DNA of 64,000 bases from Setoptus koraiensis (taxonomy: Eukaryota; Animalia; Arthropoda), in the NCBI GenBank assembly GCA_048013815.1, contig CM106585.1, positions 4,588,001 to 4,652,000 of the forward strand, read 5' to 3'. This document shows positions 1 through 12,787 of the stretch, in pieces. Each line of letters opens with the position of its first letter. The first letter of the stretch is position 1. Below the pieces are notes generated by a model. That model searched no databases, had not been told where the DNA came from, and saw nothing but the letters and a program-made list of their open reading frames with translations. The position numbers and the translations under genes were made by a program.

Positions 1-411
1 GCATGCATTTCTAGTTAGCATTCCATGTCGCCCACTGTCTCGCTATGTCGCCTCAACAACCTGAGCACTCGACTCTCGTCGTGAGCTTGACAGTTATCTG
101 TTAAAGTCACTCGACACTAGCCGAAATGTCTATCTCAGGTACGTCGCGTTTGCAATTGGAATTTTTTCATGTTGCGCTGTACCTTTTTGGGAAGACCATG
201 CCACACAAACAACAGCTACCATTTCTCATCGATATTGACCCATTTATTAGTCGGATTTTATGATGCCTTCACGCGAATATTTTCCAATTTGAGCTTCTGG
301 GTGTCAACCCAAAGACCTTGCAAGAAGCAACTGATTGATTTTGTGGCACATTTGTGAATTTAGGTTTCTTGTTGACAAGCTCTCTCTCTCTCTCTTTCCT
401 TTCTGACATAG

Positions 412-631
412 ATATTTTGTGTTTGACAAGTTTGCAATTGACCACCGAGCACTGGTTGCAGCTTGTCTCTTGTTGACGACTGCCCAGAATACAAATTGCC
501 CAGAATACAAACTGCAAGAGGTCGCACAATTGATCTGCGAGCGCCATCCAGATGCCGATGTTCCCGCTATCGGTCAGCCAGAAAAAGAAAATCTTTGTTT
601 TGGGATTGCAGATTGGTCGCGCGCTGAATAA
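412..631 (+). other. Candidate terminal coding exon of an unidentified gene (weak cyclin-box-like appearance)
   Basis: Strong acceptor (tctctctc...tttcctttctgacatAG, 410-411) and a phase-compatible upstream donor (ctcAG|GTacgt, 138/139). The spliced reading is ...VYLRYFVFDKFAIDHRALVAACLLL...AE* with stop at 629-631. The upstream frame has a TGA at 62-64, so the model is incomplete. Confidence 0.25.
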
Positions 632-3600
632 CGCAGCCGATCATTTGAAGCGCTAGTATTTCTCAGAAGAGAAGCTAGCGATGAGTCGCTCGGCATTCAA
701 ATCTCTGCTGATTCTGACTTGTGAGGCCTTCAAATCGCACACAATTTTTCTTTTTGGCTTTGAACATTTTTTCCCGCTCAAAATTAGATGGTCATTCTCT
801 GCCATTGGTACCACCGAAGGTCCTCCACTGAAGACTGTTGACCCTGCCGAAGGTCAGAAAAAATGCTAACCCGAATCGTCTGATCACGATATGTTCACGA
901 GAGCGATATTTCGAAGAATTTCCGTGGTCATCCAGACTTGAGTTTTTGCGACACAGAGGGAAAAATTTATTCACTAGCGGCCAGATGCTGCACTGGGTGC
1001 TATGTCTGCGCTCAATGCGTTCAGCAATGCCATCGTTATCAATGTTTATGATGGAATTATGAATATTGAACATGGGCCAGTTGCATTCAATTAATCGGGC
1101 CGAAAAAATAGGAGGATAATCGAAGCATGCGGCGAATGTGGCCCTGAATTAGATCCGAATTGTTTCGTGCGTATTGGCGTACACAACTATTGTCGACCTA
1201 ATGACGCCCCCATGATATATTGATTCATATCTCTTGCTTGTTTGTGTTAGTTTGATCCATGCGAGACACATGTACGCTACTTATAGCTGCTTATCGTCGT
1301 TGTTTGTCGTTGTTGTTGTTGTTGTTGTTGCTGTCTATTCTTTATGGGATCGCGAATTATCTAATACCGACACGGACGTATCATGAATCATATATTCATT
1401 CATCGCATATAAATATATAAATAAATACGAATTGAACTTTCATTTCTGTTCCATGTTTACAAATTGCTTTGTGCCAATCACCGAGTGTGCTCCCCCACTC
1501 ACTATTTGCGTTCGGCGCCGCCGCTGCCCCCAATGTAATGCCCCGCTCCGTCTAACGGCAACGTCTGCGCCCCGTTGCCTCGAACGGAATTAATCCCTTT
1601 CGAAATTCCAATCGATCGACTACATGTATTCCATAATTCTTCACTGGCGCGCACTTATAATGCCGTTATACCGTTAGCGAAGAGTAATTTGTTTAACAGC
1701 AACGCCAATGGCAGCCAGTGCAATGCGAGTGGGGGAGCAACTTTTCTAACGGCTCTCTTATTGTTGTTATTGCACCGTTTCTGTTGGCGTGGCTGCTTTG
1801 GGGGGCCCTATCGAGCCATAGATCAGCGGCAAGAGCAGCAGTTCAGCAGCAACTAAGCCCACGACCAGCGCACGACTAAAACAACGCACCTGAACACAAA
1901 TGATAAGCTAATTTCGGTGCAAAGCCAGCCCTGGGCCCTAACTGCTGGCACGACGCGCCAGTTAGATTAGAAATGACTAGCCGGTGTGTGTGTCCTCTTT
2001 TTATCTGTTCGGCGATCTGTCAACACACAGCCGAACTAGCCAGACCAACAGAAAATCGAATCGGGCTCGTCGCATTCTTTGCCCGGAGCCAACCAATATT
2101 AGGCCACATTCGGGCCCAATCTGGCTCATGTGCAATTTTCGCTCTCCAGAAAAATCCATCATTGGCGCCATTGGAACCGGCACACCGAAAAGAAAAATGC
2201 AGCTCGCACACCGAAAGTTACCTGACAAGTTGTGAGCTTTGTTTCGGCTCCTTCCCACAGAAGCGGCTCCGGAATTTTTCTCTCTTTTCGCCTCGGCTTT
2301 ATCGTCTCGGCCACCATTCCAGCGCAGTGGCGCGATATCACTCTTCGGCGAGAGTGAGCTCTCTGGTTTTCAGATCGATTCACTGGACGAGCACGAGCGA
2401 GTGCGCGAAAAAAAATGTCGATTTCGAAGGCCATATCGGCTATTTTGTTTGCGACCTGCTCGCAGGGCCATCTCTGACATTTGTAGGCAATGTCAACATT
2501 TAAAATTTGACATTTAGCACATGCCGGCATGCTGTAATGTAAGAGAACCGGGGGCCATATGGCTGTCAGTGGCCCGTGCTTGACTTATTCTAAACTTTGC
2601 AGTGAAAACTTTGCACTCAACTTGCCACATATACCCATACTCACCGGCGTGCGCGTTCGAAAGTGGGCCACTGACTCACAAAAGTCGATGGTCAATCGAG
2701 GATGAGAGACAGCGGCTAGCGCGAGCGGCGGACAAGTTGAGAGCGTAAAATAACAATATTTTGCGATTTTTCCTCATAGATTGAGCTTGCTGGCGTGCAG
2801 CAGCCTCTATATATATTTATATATTTCGGCGCCAATGCGGCCAATGCCTGAGTGAGTGGGGCGCCTCGCTCCACTAGCGGAGATGGGGCGCGGGCTGACT
2901 GGGCACTGAAAACATTATGACGATTATAGTGGTGCTGAGGGGCCACTCGAGTCTCTCGTCCGCTGTCTGGTTTGCAGCTTTGGCGCAAAGTCGCCAGCCT
3001 CAAGCTCGGGCCCCCGAGCTCGGAGTCGCAAGTTTAATGTGGGCACGGGCCGTGGCACGAGCTAGTAAACGTCGCGGGCTGGCTGGCTGGCTGGCTCGTG
3101 TAGGGGCTGAGTGAGGGCGAGCTTCCTCAGGCCAACAGGCCAGAGAAAGGGCTGAAAAAGAGGCGCCAAAATGAAATTCAGTGAAGCGCGAACAACACAA
3201 AGAGGTAAACCTGTCACATAGTGTCTGTCATATCCATCAAGTGTCTCTAGCGCGGACGGATGGCGCCCATTGGGGCCGCACTCACTCAGAAATATCTGTG
3301 TGATGGTGGCCAGTTCGTCATCGTGTCCACTGCTGGTATCCACTCGTTTTTCTGCTACTCGCCAGCGCCACGGCCGGCGCTACGGCCAGCGCTACAGCCA
3401 GCGAGCTGTATGTCGTGGAATCGTGCCAAAGTGGATGATGATATGGCCACGCAGCGCGAGTGCCCAGTGCAGAGAATAAAGGAAGTGAGAAAACAACGGC
3501 ACCAAATCCAACTTCAATTTCCAATTCTTCGCTGGTGCGCGAAAAGAATCGCTATGTACAACAACAATAAGCGGGCCGCATCATATCAGACAGGCTATTG

Positions 3601-6180
3601 GAGCTGTTGTCGCCGAATTTGCTCGATTGTTGTGTCTAGTGGCGCCCCAGTGGTGCTAATGGGCGCCAGAGTGGTGGCGCTGTTTGGAGTGGGACGGGCA
3701 GTTAATTGATCGCTATCGTCTAATCGCCATCATGAAAACGGGATCGCCATCAGTATTTGGCGCTCATTTGTTAAATCATCTCTGCCGGGCTGGCGTCGCG
3801 CGAGCCGTCACCGCGCCAGTTGTGTCATACAGTGAAAACATAAAAACAGAGAGATAATTTGCCAGCCATAGCAAACTTTGCCGCGAGCCGGTCGCTCCCT
3901 CTCCGGCGAGTTACACCAACACGTGCTGTGCGCGCGCGAGCCAACGTTTATGACGTAACTGGCACATGAATCGTGCCTAGTACTTAATATTTAAGATGGA
4001 AATTTGCGCAGACATGAGGCGCACAAAGTGCGAATGGGGCCCCCCCCATTCATCACAATGATTAATTATTGTGTGCCAACTCTTGTTACACCGCGCCACT
4101 TTGACACACTTTGGTCACAGCGCACAGAGCCACTGTGTCGAAATATGGCCAGTTGCTTTATTACTTGCGGGCCGGCGTGTTTTTGTTAGCTAAGCGGCCG
4201 GGCCGGGCCGCTAACTTAAGCGCGCTTGACTTTGCGTCAAAAATTGCAGCAGCCAAAGGGAGCCGGCACACTGTGCGCGCGCAGTGAGCTGCCGGTCGGT
4301 CTCACCTGATCTCGCCAAGTTACCTGAAGTTAGCCCGGCTCTTGCTGTGCGCGAGTAGTTGGGCAACCACCTCGCCAGCGACAACAACAACAGCGCCAGC
4401 GACTCAATGGTATAAATTAGAGGCCGAGAGAGCAGCGCAAATCAAAACAACAATCTCTCGAAGCCGGCATGTTGCGGCTCAGTCTCGACTGTTCAGTCAT
4501 TGTTGCGTAACTGCCCGACTGCCGTGCATAACGGTAGCGCACGATATTGCACAATTGGAGCCGGTTTGGTGGGCGCCGTTTTCCAGTCGTCGTTGTCGTC
4601 GTTCAACCTTTTCAGCCTTTTCGACCTTTTCAAGCGAACAACAAAAAACTTGTGCGCCACCACATCGCACGACAAGACTAGTCTGTCTAGTGTGGGCCTC
4701 ACCTGGAAGTTGGCCGGGTCAGCGGCCGCTAGCCCGGCCGGGGGTGCGCGTGAGGCGCGTGCTCATTGTGCGGCCGGCGACAACAACGCGCCACCGGTTT
4801 TGTGTTAGGTAAACAATTCATCCTGATCAATCTGATTTCGAATGCATGATTATGTAATATTGTTGACAATGTTGTGTGTTGTTTGGTGTCCGCTGGTGCG
4901 TGCCCTGCAGTGACGAACGCTGCCAACGAACCGCTGCTCGATGACTGTTGTCAATCTTGGCATCGTTATTGTCGTTGTTGTTATTATTGTCAGTGCTGTT
5001 GCTGTCAGTGCGACAAGTCGACTGCCGACTGTCGACTGCCGACAAGAAACTTGCACTTCGCCAACAAATGGCACTGTCACTATTGAAAAAATCGATTTCG
5101 AAAATAAAAATTGTGCACTTATTATCATTCTGTTGTTGTATTTAATTTTTCACAGTCAATAACGTCACACAAACACACAACAAAGAGGCAAAAATATATA
5201 TAGTGGACAGGCCATCTTCATATGTGTCTCACTGTGATCAGCCGCACACATTAAGGCTCCTCTGAAAGCTTGGTCGCTCCTCAAATATTGCGATGAGTTA
5301 TTTTGAGCAGCAAGGTGAAGAAATTTCACGAAAAATTGATTTCGCTTTAGGAAAAGCAATTTTTGCGCCAATTCGTGCACGGCTCTCCGATACGAAACGT
5401 GCCCGCAACCGACCTACCGGCTTGTCAGCTAAATAACCGGCCCATTGCCAAAAGGTGTCACCCTAATAATTTTTCGCCTCTTTTTTTCCGCAGCGATTCC
5501 AACTAATTACCACCAATGTAATGTGTTGCGAATGTCGGGCTCAAAAGCACATGATTGTGGTTGTGCATGGGAGAGTAGGCTCGCGGCTTAATTGACAATC
5601 ACTAATTGTCTGCCAGCTTCAATTAGTTTTCTGGCTATTGTGTGTGTGTGCTCGCGAATGCATTTAATTCGGTCTGGTCCGGCGAGCTCAACAGCGCAGG
5701 TACCAACAGAGAATGTAGCGCAAAAACACGTAATGGTGCAACAACATCAATCTTGCAATGTTTGTTTGTGTGCTAACCATTTACGACAGGTGGAAAAACG
5801 CTTTTCGTAGCTAAAGAATCAAATGTAACCTGGATGGAATTTGTAAATCGCAAGCTGAACTGGCCAGTGACTAGCGAACTCGCCGAAATAGCTACCACAA
5901 CAACACTTTTCCGTGTGACAACAATTTTTCGGGCAGCTCAAAAACGACAACAGTGGGAAAAAAAAATGAGGCCCATCGGTTGTTTCGACACGACAGACAA
6001 ACCTACAGATACCATCGTTTGTGATTGGCGAATTGGTGCCCGAAAATTATTTTTTGGCCTCTTTAAACGGTAGTTATATTAGCTGCTCTGACTCTGGTTG
6101 GCGGCCCGAACTACTGTCACTTTCATATATTATTCGGGGTTGCATTTGGGCGAGATTTGTGAATTAAGATCATCTCAATT

Positions 6181-6402
6181 GATGGCGTAAGCTCGTTTGG
6201 CGAGTCGCAAGAAGGAGGGCGGCCTCCATGCCGTCGATACTCATTGAGTATTACTCAAGCGGCCTGATCTGATGGCTACCGCTTGAGGTTGCACAGGCTG
6301 TTTGGGCCCATACAACCTATAAATTTGGCCAATTGTCTCCCTTGCTCGCTGAACAATCTCTTTCCGAGAAAACAATCAACGGGGCGCCCCCGTTGATTGG
6401 CC
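6181..6402. ncRNA. Candidate structured RNA (three-way junction plus several hairpins); family not identified
   Basis: Stems found by eye: 6181-6188/6228-6235 closing 6191-6195/6201-6205 and 6214-6218/6223-6227; 6254-6262/6279-6287 (9 bp perfect); 6287-6291/6313-6317; 6374-6384/6388-6398 (11 bp perfect). The sequence is non-repetitive and has no ORF of 60 aa or more. Confidence 0.3.
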
Positions 6403-9308
6403 ACAATCACGCGACTTCACCTTGCTAATGCATGCTCAGTGTTTGTGTGCCACCTAAGCTACTAGACTAAATTAGTTGGAAAATGCAGCAATAAAACAGA
6501 GGCCAGCGGGCAATGAGTGACAACTGGGCCCATTGAGACTCGGAACAACATAAACAATCAGGCTAATTAAATTTGGTCGAGTTGAGCCGGTGCAATGGGG
6601 CCGGGATTAAGCTGCTCACCTGTCGCACATGGCAGTGGCAATCGGCAGTTGAGCGCGTTGGCAATGTTTCGCACCGATGCTCATTAATTGATTATAATTA
6701 ATTGAAAAGAGATTGTCGACCATTGGGACCAGCTCAGGATTAAGGCGATTATGCGCGTTTATTTTCGAGATCAGCGGCGCCACAAAATCGATTGTTTGTT
6801 GCGTCCGTCGAGATGGCATCGAGATGGCAACTCGACCGATAGATTTGAAATCTAGCGGTAATAGCGGCCGTGTGTTGTGGCACCGAAATCCCATCCTCGG
6901 CTCAACTGAGTGGCTATTGAGTGAGTGATGAATTGGGTGCTGGTTGCTGGTTGCAACTAGCAAAAACACCAGCCAGAATGAGGCGATAATTACTTGCAAG
7001 CACGCACCGAGAGGCGCCTAAACTAAACTAAGCTAGGCTAATCTGAGCGAAGCATCTAGAGTCGAGCAGCTCGGCTGGGTCCACAAACAACGCGTAACAA
7101 TGTGTTTGTGTGATAACGTGCTCGTTGGTTGTATCCATTTTGTGGGCGCCGGTGGTTGCCTTTTTTCGCCGCTCATGCTTTCCGCCGTGGCAAAGAATCT
7201 CTCTCGCGTTGGACGTTTCGCCAGCGACAGCGAGCGAGCGAGCATTAGATAACTTTTGGCCCCGGCGCGCTGCCGGCCAAGCCAGACGGCGGTCTATTCG
7301 ACCGTCATTGCGGTTGTCGAAATCTGGTTGATTGAATAGCGGTTGCAACGGCAAGTGGCTGCTTAGTTTGCGAAACGAGCGCCAGCGAAAATGCAGACGC
7401 GAATATAATGGTGAGAAGCGCAGCGAGGAGGCCCACTGAATAGAGAATGGATTTGATGATCGACTGGCGCTTACGCAATAGCGCCCAGACAAAGCGCATC
7501 CACTTAGGCGCCATTGTCGTCTTATCTGGTCGCTTCTGGCCCGACAACAACAACAGCAACAACGCCAACAACAACAGCGACAACAACAGCAACAACAATA
7601 AATGAGTGCGCCGCACGGTTAGCGGTGCGATATGCGTACATGTGCACTTTCGCCCGCTCGCTCTGTCGGTCGCACTTGGCACTTTTTGGCCAGGCCGGCC
7701 CACCTTGGCACTTGTTTCGGCCTAACCTAACCACTGCCGATGGCAGTCGGGCAAGCGCGGCGCCCCGTGGCAAACCGTTGCGCAACTTTGTTCGCGGCTC
7801 GACGGGTTGTCGGCTCGACGGGTCGACGGGTCGGCGGCGCGCAGGCTGGCGGGCCCCGCAACAGCCAGCCAGACAGGAAGTGTGCGAGTGAAGCGTGGCT
7901 CTGACAAGTGCCATCACTGTGCCGCCATAACGGCGTGCCGCTTGTCACTAGAAATTGATTGAGAGCTCTCTCTCTATCTCTTTGGCTGCAAGCTGGCGAG
8001 CTGCTAATTTCTTGTTTATATGTTTGTTTTATTGCGCAACACGCACGTTGCACGAGCGGCACACGTTGAGCATGATTGAGCTGACGCGCTTGTGAGCGCG
8101 TTACGCAACCAAAAGCAACTTGTCGTATAAATAGACCGTCTTGGCCGGGCGCCACTTCCGTCCGGCCCGTGTCTGGGCCGGCGTGTTGATGCGGTGGAGC
8201 ATGCGCTCGTCAGACATTGACGACATTGAATGCTGATCGGCGGCATCAACGTTCTCAGCAGCTTCATTATTGCCGCTTCACCTGTGCGTCCTCTATTGTG
8301 TTATTGCAAATTGTCTCGCTCGCTCTCTCTCTAATCAAACATAACGGATATTCAAATTGATCGTGCGATTGTTGCCCGACTGTCGCCCGAATGTCGCCGG
8401 CTAGCTGCTGCCGTCGTTTCTGGCGGCAAATGCCGTTCCGCTAACCAAACTCAACAACGCCATCTGCATCATGGTCGTGGCATTGCACAAAAAGCTTCCG
8501 AAGCTGACCAAATCGAGCCGCTTGCTCACCGTTTCTCGCCAATGATACACAATGGCCAACACACACTTGCCAATACACACTTGCTTTTTATATATTGGCT
8601 CGCTAACATTAGCTTGCTAGCACTGGCTCGCCAGTATTGGCTCGCGAGCATTGGCTTGCCAGTATTAGCTTGGTGTAACGTTGGCGCCATCTGTGCGTCT
8701 CGCACTGACCTTGCCATATGCGCCGTATAACAAATGCATATCTCATTGGCCCCACTTGTGGTGTCACGAGTGGTGGCAGAAAAATATAGGAAAATTATAC
8801 TCGGATATACTCGAGGCAAATTCACGAGAAATTAACCGAATTAAGCAAGCACAACAAGCTAGGAAAGAGCTTAGGCAAATACAAATGAGGCAATTGAGAC
8901 CAAGACAGGCCAAGGCCAACCAACGACTTTCTATAATCACAGCAAAGCGCCTTCAAAAGAATATAAACTAGAACCGCTGGAATCACTTTGAGAGAGATTT
9001 TGAAAATCAAAACCGAATATCAATTATAACAGAAGAAAGATATCTGAGAGAGATGGAGGATTTAGACATTTTAAATAAAACTCATTAGAACATATTTGTA
9101 TTGTCTTTCTTTCGCTTCGTCTCTATTCTTTTTTCTTTTTCGTTCTTCGAGGCCGATCAGATTTCGCGGCAGTTTAAGGCATTTTAGGCCAATCGGCAGA
9201 AAATGCCCTCCATTTCTGAAATTAAGGGGCATGTGGTCTAAACCATTTAAGCCAGCGCACTAGTCACGACGTGGCCTCTGTCGTTTGTCTGACTGGATAT
9301 ACTGCTAC

Positions 9309-9371
9309 TCGGATATTCGCATGTTCGGATATTCGCATGTTCGGATATTCGGATATTCGCATGTTCGGATA
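9309..9371. repeat. Tandem 16-mer (TCGGATATTCGCATGT) x ~3.5
   Basis: Direct repeats visible, with one truncated unit. Confidence 0.9.
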
Positions 9372-12300
9372 TAAATAGTATGACGCAAGCGATATTTCGC
9401 ATACGCCACTTTCAGCTGGCGCGCGCATCGCTGCCGGTCCGGTCGCTTGGCGCCCATCGGAGCTTGCTGCAAAGTTGGCCTTGCTGTCCGCTCGCATATA
9501 CGCATTTCATGGACTACGCTATTCATGTACAACAACGGATGCCGTTCAATTAGCGCGATAAGTACAGTAATATAATGACGATAAAATAGTAATGTGCCAG
9601 CGGCGCTGGCAACGGGAAAAATTGCTCTTAATTGCAAATAAATAATTGATATAAACAAAATATGAGCCAGTTCAGTTTTCTCTCTTTTGGCCTAATCGGG
9701 CTGTGGAGCGGGCATGAATTGGGGCCAGCAAAAAAGCACACGAAACGAACACAATTACGGCAATCGTATCGCATGGCCAGCAGCCTGTTGTTTTAGGGGG
9801 GGAAATTGCTGCCGAAATTGATTGCCACGGCCACGCGGCCACAACCGGCAACAGTGACCGGCCTGTTTGTTTGTATCATTGGCCGAGCGGTTGGTCAGCG
9901 GCTCGTCGATGCGACATAGCGGCACAAACAACAACAACAGCAGATATTGTTGTCATGTGGCCACCGGACCCCAGTTAGCACTGGCCCAGTTAGCAGGGGG
10001 CACAGTCTAATTAGTTGAGCCCGACGACAACAATTAGTCTGGCCGGACAGGTCGGTTGGTGTGCGTGTCCATCTCGAGTCTCGTGACACACTCGGCCGGA
10101 ACGAGACACAAACATATCGGCGGCTTGCCAATGGGTGCCCGGTAACGGTTAATTGCGGCCCATTGGCAAGGGCAATTGCACACAATTGTGAAACAAAAAT
10201 TGTCCGCTCGTCTCGCTTGTTTTGTCTCATTAAACTTGTCGCTGCTGCAATTGGGCAACTCATAATTTATTTATAGCCGCCCCATCCAGCAACGAGTCCG
10301 GCCATCCATACTATAATACTATAATATGGAGTCCATAGTATGGAGTCCATATTACAGTGTGGAGTACGTGCCGTTTTGCGTGGCGCGTCGCGTGCGATCG
10401 GGGCCCGAAAGCGATCCGAAATCGCCATCCGAGCTGCGTCGGCAATTGAATGTGCGTCCCCATTCAATTTCGATTCGCTCCGATTCGGTTTCGGCTTGCA
10501 CCGAAAGTCGGCGCTCATTTGGCGCTCGTGTCCACTCAGCTGCCATCTAGCGCCCATCGCATATCGTATATATTCCTTGGCTGGCAAAATACTGGCCAAC
10601 ACGAAAAAGTGAATGAGCGAAAACGGTAACTTCGGGCCTCGTTTGGACAATCCGTCTCGCAAACAGATGGGCAGCCTCGAAACGCGCCGCGAGCGACATA
10701 AGTAGCTCGATTGAAGTTCAGCCATTTGTGAAATACCCTGCCCAATGTATAATGGTGGCTGCCAGGCACCTGGTCGGTGAGCGAAAGCGCAAAGTGTGGC
10801 CGATAATTTTTTCGGCTGAATTATTCCGTCTGTGCCGCTTATATGGATAATGTGGGCACGCTGTGCTGTTTTTTCGGTGCGGTTTTTATCGGGAAAAATG
10901 TTTTTATCGGCTCGGTTGACCGACCTGGTCAACTGTTCAATCGAACGCTAGTATGCGCAGGGCCAAGCTGCCGAGCAGCAGCCCCAACAAGAACGAGAGT
11001 CTCTCATGGCTAGACACACAGACGGTTGGCGCACAGACCGGAAATGAGAAGCCACGCTCACCGGGTGACCGGCGAACGTGTTTTCGCGAACAAGTGAGTG
11101 AGCGAATTTCGCGTGCCGAACACAACAGTGATTGCCACAACAACAGTGCCAATCACAATATTATCATTCATTTATCCACAAGCAGGTGTGTTTGCGCTAA
11201 TGAATGCGACACACGTACGGCCGACCTATCAGCCGATCAGATCGACATTTGCCAGCGGTTGATGTTTGCCAAAATTGACAGCATCACTTGCCAACCACGT
11301 TGCTCGATTTGCTTGGCCCGCATCTACGGCTGAAGGTTACCTAAACTGTTCGAGCGAAATTAAGGCGAAATTAAGTGGGCCCCAACAAATAAGCCAGCAA
11401 ACAAATGGACACTTCTCACCTGTAATCCAGCGTGTTACCCTTAGATTGCAGGCGAGCTCTGGAGGCCGTTGTATTACGTTGTAGTACGAACTTCGTATTA
11501 CGCAACGCACCGTATTCCGTATGTAAGTTCTGTATGTATGTAAGTTCTGTATGATTGTAAGTGTGTGTCGCGGAGCTAGCCAACCAGTACAACACTTGGT
11601 TATTCTGCGAAATACTTTTTCATAGAATGCTTACTTTTTTCAAGTTTTTTCGGGCTATTTTGGATATTTTCGACTAGGGTACCTAGATACCGAAATGACC
11701 GAAATGACCGAGATAGTGCGGCATTTTTTGCGCGAAATTTTCGGCTCATCACGTTACTAGGGATGAGTTATAAAACGGGCCGGATTTTCCGCTGACCAAT
11801 ATGATGCAGCTCTATTTGTGGTTTCGCCCCCTCTGGGGCCGTTCTGGGGTCAACTGTGTTTGGGGGCCAGTTTGCGCCAGTTTGACCTTGAATTGGAGCA
11901 TTTTTGCAGGCGTCAAATTGCACGAGCCGAGTAAATCAATTAACGGTTGCAATCAACAGTTACAAGTTACAGGTGTAGCGGTTGTAGTGCGTGATTGCGC
12001 GTTGAATTATTGCACAACACAAACAAATGTAGCCGCGGTCTTGGTTGTTGTGACACAAACCGCAAATGCACGCACCCCGATGCCCTGACACTCACGCCGG
12101 CCGTGAGGTACCGACTCGCACGTGAGCTATAATGACAGCACTGACAACATGACAGTAGTACAACAAATGCCCCAATTGGGCATTCTCGACCAAACTGGCG
12201 CACCCGAACATTACCTGGTGGCACGATGGCCTAAATGGCTGGCCCGGTGTGAATGGCTGGCCAGCATTTCAGTGGGCGAGCCAGTGGTGTTTGCGTGATC

Positions 12301-12680
12301 TACGCGTGCGATGTGTATGCCCGCCAGTGGGCCCAGTGTCAGACCGCCGGTGGGGCCAGTCAGCCCGCCGGTGGGCCCAGTTGGCCTGCAGTTAGCATGC
12401 AACTAGCGGTTATTTGGCGATGCCCGGTGTTGCCGTTTATGTCACATTTTGTCTGGCCGCGGATAACGCCTATGGCGCCACATCCGCGCCGGCTATCCGC
12501 TATATTTAGTCCAGACCCACCCGACGAGCCCCCGTCAATGGGGCCGCCGGCCTGAATGGGGCCGAGGGCGCCACGAGCGGCGCCGATGTTGCTGTCGGCG
12601 GTTATGGCGAGCTGCACACAACAACAATTTTCCTAATCGTTGCACACTGTCTTGTGGACAGCTAGTTAAATTATTGATAG

Positions 12681-12682
<2 letters not shown>

Positions 12683-12714
<32 letters not shown>
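12683..12714. repeat. (CGA)10 microsatellite
   Basis: Read directly from sequence. Confidence 0.95.
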
Positions 12715-12716
<2 letters not shown>

Positions 12717-12754
12717 ATCCATTGTCGCTCGCTCGTGCATCACTGTGTGCGTGC

Positions 12755-12787
<33 letters not shown>

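Noticed and set aside
633-2530. ORFs at 681-1073 and 1973-2530 on both strands with coding-like complexity
   Set aside because: No frame gives a recognisable domain, and stops interrupt every extension I tried; at most decayed fragments.
7720-7731. CCTAACCTAACC (arthropod TTAGG telomere-like, or telomerase-template-like)
   Set aside because: Only 2.4 units with no supporting structure; expected by chance.
10267-10932. 221-aa minus-strand ORF
   Set aside because: TTG start, no domain, no splice support; typical shadow ORF. The same applies to 16186-16818, 48658-49287, 55021-55671 and 60562-61182.
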